DNA from: a virus
Lineage: Duplodnaviria; Caudoviricetes
Virus record (IMG/VR): IMGVR_UViG_3300037465_000389
Span: 1-24,116 of that record
Length of the DNA stretch: 24,116 bases
Strand: one strand, 5' to 3'
Shown here: one piece after another, positions 22,935-24,116 of the stretch
How positions within the stretch are numbered: position 1 is the first letter of the stretch
How the letters are laid out: each line of letters opens with the position of its first letter
Program-made: the position numbers and the translations under genes
The notes under the pieces: generated by a model
What the model was told of the DNA's origin: nothing
The model's input: the letters and a program-made list of their open reading frames with translations, nothing else
Databases searched by the model: none

Positions 22935-23996
22935 CTAGCTCGCGTCAAGCGTGACGGCTGTACGATTGCCGTCCGCATCCACCGTCGCTACAATGCGATC
23001 CTTCGAGTCGCTTGTATCCCTCACCCTCACGGTAGTAGTGGCCGCCCCCGACAGCTTACCGGCGAGGGCCGAGAGCACCACGCGAAGACCCTGCCGCACA
23101 GTAATGCCGGTCTCCACACCGTTCGCTAAATCGAGAAGGGCGCTCGCAATAGCTTGTTGCGTAGCGGTAGACAGCACTACTCCGTCCGTTCCAGTGTCAG
23201 CAAGGATAGCCGCAACATTCGTGAGTATTGTGTCGATGTCTGTCTTGACTTGTTCGCCAAACGTGCCAGCAGTCGTGTGCCCGGATGTTGCCTCATCCCA
23301 AACAGCGTCCGCAATCTCTGTCGCCGTCGGACCGCTACCAACCCATGCTGCGTCTCCCCTATCCCGGATCGCTTGCAAGCTGTCGGTCGTCCGATCAAAG
23401 GTCGCTGTACCATCATCCATGATCTGGTCGAAGTAGGTTCCAGACGGAATAGCTGGAATACCAGTAGCTGTTCCAGCGACATGATCCAGGTTATTCGCCT
23501 CAATGGCGTCTTGGACTTCGCTCTGGACTTCGGCATCCCACGCAGCATTCCACGGAACCGCCGTCAATCCTGCGCCAGCTGTACCAATGTCGTCAGTCTG
23601 GGCCTCAATCGCGGCAAGGTCAGCTGCGATACTCGCTCCTGCCGGCGCACCCAATCTCGCGAACACAGCACCCCGTTCAAGTGTGAAATATCCAACAACC
23701 TCACCGACAACGCTCACCCCGTCAACTGTGCCGGCCGTAATGACAAGGCTATAGCTCTTCCCAGCCTCAAAGCCGTTAGCCCCAGACGCCACGACCCTTA
23801 CATGATTGAGGCCAGTTCGTGCATCAAAGTCCGTCGTCAGTGTGATGCCTGAGGTAATCTCGGTAGTCGAGTTATCCTCATAGGCCGAGACTACTGGCGT
23901 ACCAGCGAGCGTGAACGGAGCTCCAGTCGAGAACCGACGCGTCGTGAAGAAAAGGTCAATTGTTTCGCCAACAGCGAAATTACCCCGGTAACTCAT
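22935..23996 (-). CDS. Tail-fibre/collar-like structural protein (beta-rich N-terminal domain, acidic helical repeats)
   Basis: Thr/Ala/Asp/Gly-rich; IADAVWDE motif; C-terminal LSALAGKLSG...RD....RIVATVDADGNRT. Confidence 0.7.
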   Translation of the reverse strand: MSYRGNFAVGETIDLFFTTRRFSTGAPFTLAGTPVVSAYEDNSTTEITSGITLTTDFDARTGLNHVRVVASGANGFEAGKSYSLVITAGTVDGVSVVGEVVGYFTLERGAVFARLGAPAGASIAADLAAIEAQTDDIGTAGAGLTAVPWNAAWDAEVQSEVQDAIEANNLDHVAGTATGIPAIPSGTYFDQIMDDGTATFDRTTDSLQAIRDRGDAAWVGSGPTATEIADAVWDEATSGHTTAGTFGEQVKTDIDTILTNVAAILADTGTDGVVLSTATQQAIASALLDLANGVETGITVRQGLRVVLSALAGKLSGAATTTVRVRDTSDSKDRIVATVDADGNRTAVTLDAS

Positions 23997-24115
23997 GCCG
24001 CGAGCCCCCTTGCTTCGCCGGCCAACCCGCCCCCGTCACCCGCCAACTTCCAGATGCGTCCTGAAACCGGCGCGGCGGCCTGAGCGCGGATGAACCGCGT
24101 CCTCGGGACTATGAT
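23993..24115 (-). CDS. 3' end of upstream structural-region gene (partial)
   Basis: Open frame IIVPRTRFIRAQAAAPVSGRIWKLAGDGGGLAGEARGLAA, ending in TGA that overlaps the next ATG. Confidence 0.6.
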   Translation of the reverse strand: MIVPRTRFIRAQAAAPVSGRIWKLAGDGGGLAGEARGLAA

Positions 24116-24116
24116 C

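Larger units (their letters stand above)
1..24116. mobile_element. Segment of a tailed dsDNA bacteriophage genome (podovirus-like morphogenesis module; convergent replication and structural arms)
   Basis: Near-continuous coding with many ATGA/TGATG overlaps. Phage-type replication genes lie on + and adaptor/nozzle/ejection genes on -. No host housekeeping genes and no integrase are in the window. Confidence 0.95.

Noticed and set aside
1-24116. Stop-codon reassignment, tRNA genes, DGR or integrase/att sites
   Set aside because: Genes are intact under the standard code, with TAG/TGA/TAA at logical ends. No cloverleaf, reverse transcriptase, template/variable repeat pair or recombinase was seen.

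Overview
This 24.1 kb, roughly 60% GC window is a densely coded segment of a podovirus-type tailed phage genome with two convergent arms. The + strand arm (1-11.5 kb) starts with small early hypothetical genes. It then carries a recombination trio (Cas4/RecB-like PD-(D/E)xK exonuclease, Sak4/AAA_24-like ATPase, SSB-like protein), a nucleoside deoxyribosyltransferase-like protein and a dNMP kinase. It ends with a ParB-DNA methyltransferase fusion, a family A DNA polymerase fused to an N-terminal uracil-DNA glycosylase-like domain, a DUF3987-like helicase with no primase domain, and a small HTH gene. The - strand arm (11.3-24.1 kb) encodes tail-associated proteins, a head-tail adaptor, a tail nozzle, a GNAT-like protein, several Pro/Gly-rich ejection-type proteins and an 1814-aa virion protein with an HExxH metallopeptidase motif and a PLxRFG domain. 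The most unusual part is the translationally coupled kinase / ParB-MTase / UDG-PolA / helicase block. Its polymerase has His at the 762-equivalent position, Asp at the steric gate and a winged-helix-like insertion. Its ParB keeps intact CTPase motifs, and palindromic sites lie nearby. All calls come from reading motifs by eye; no database search was run.
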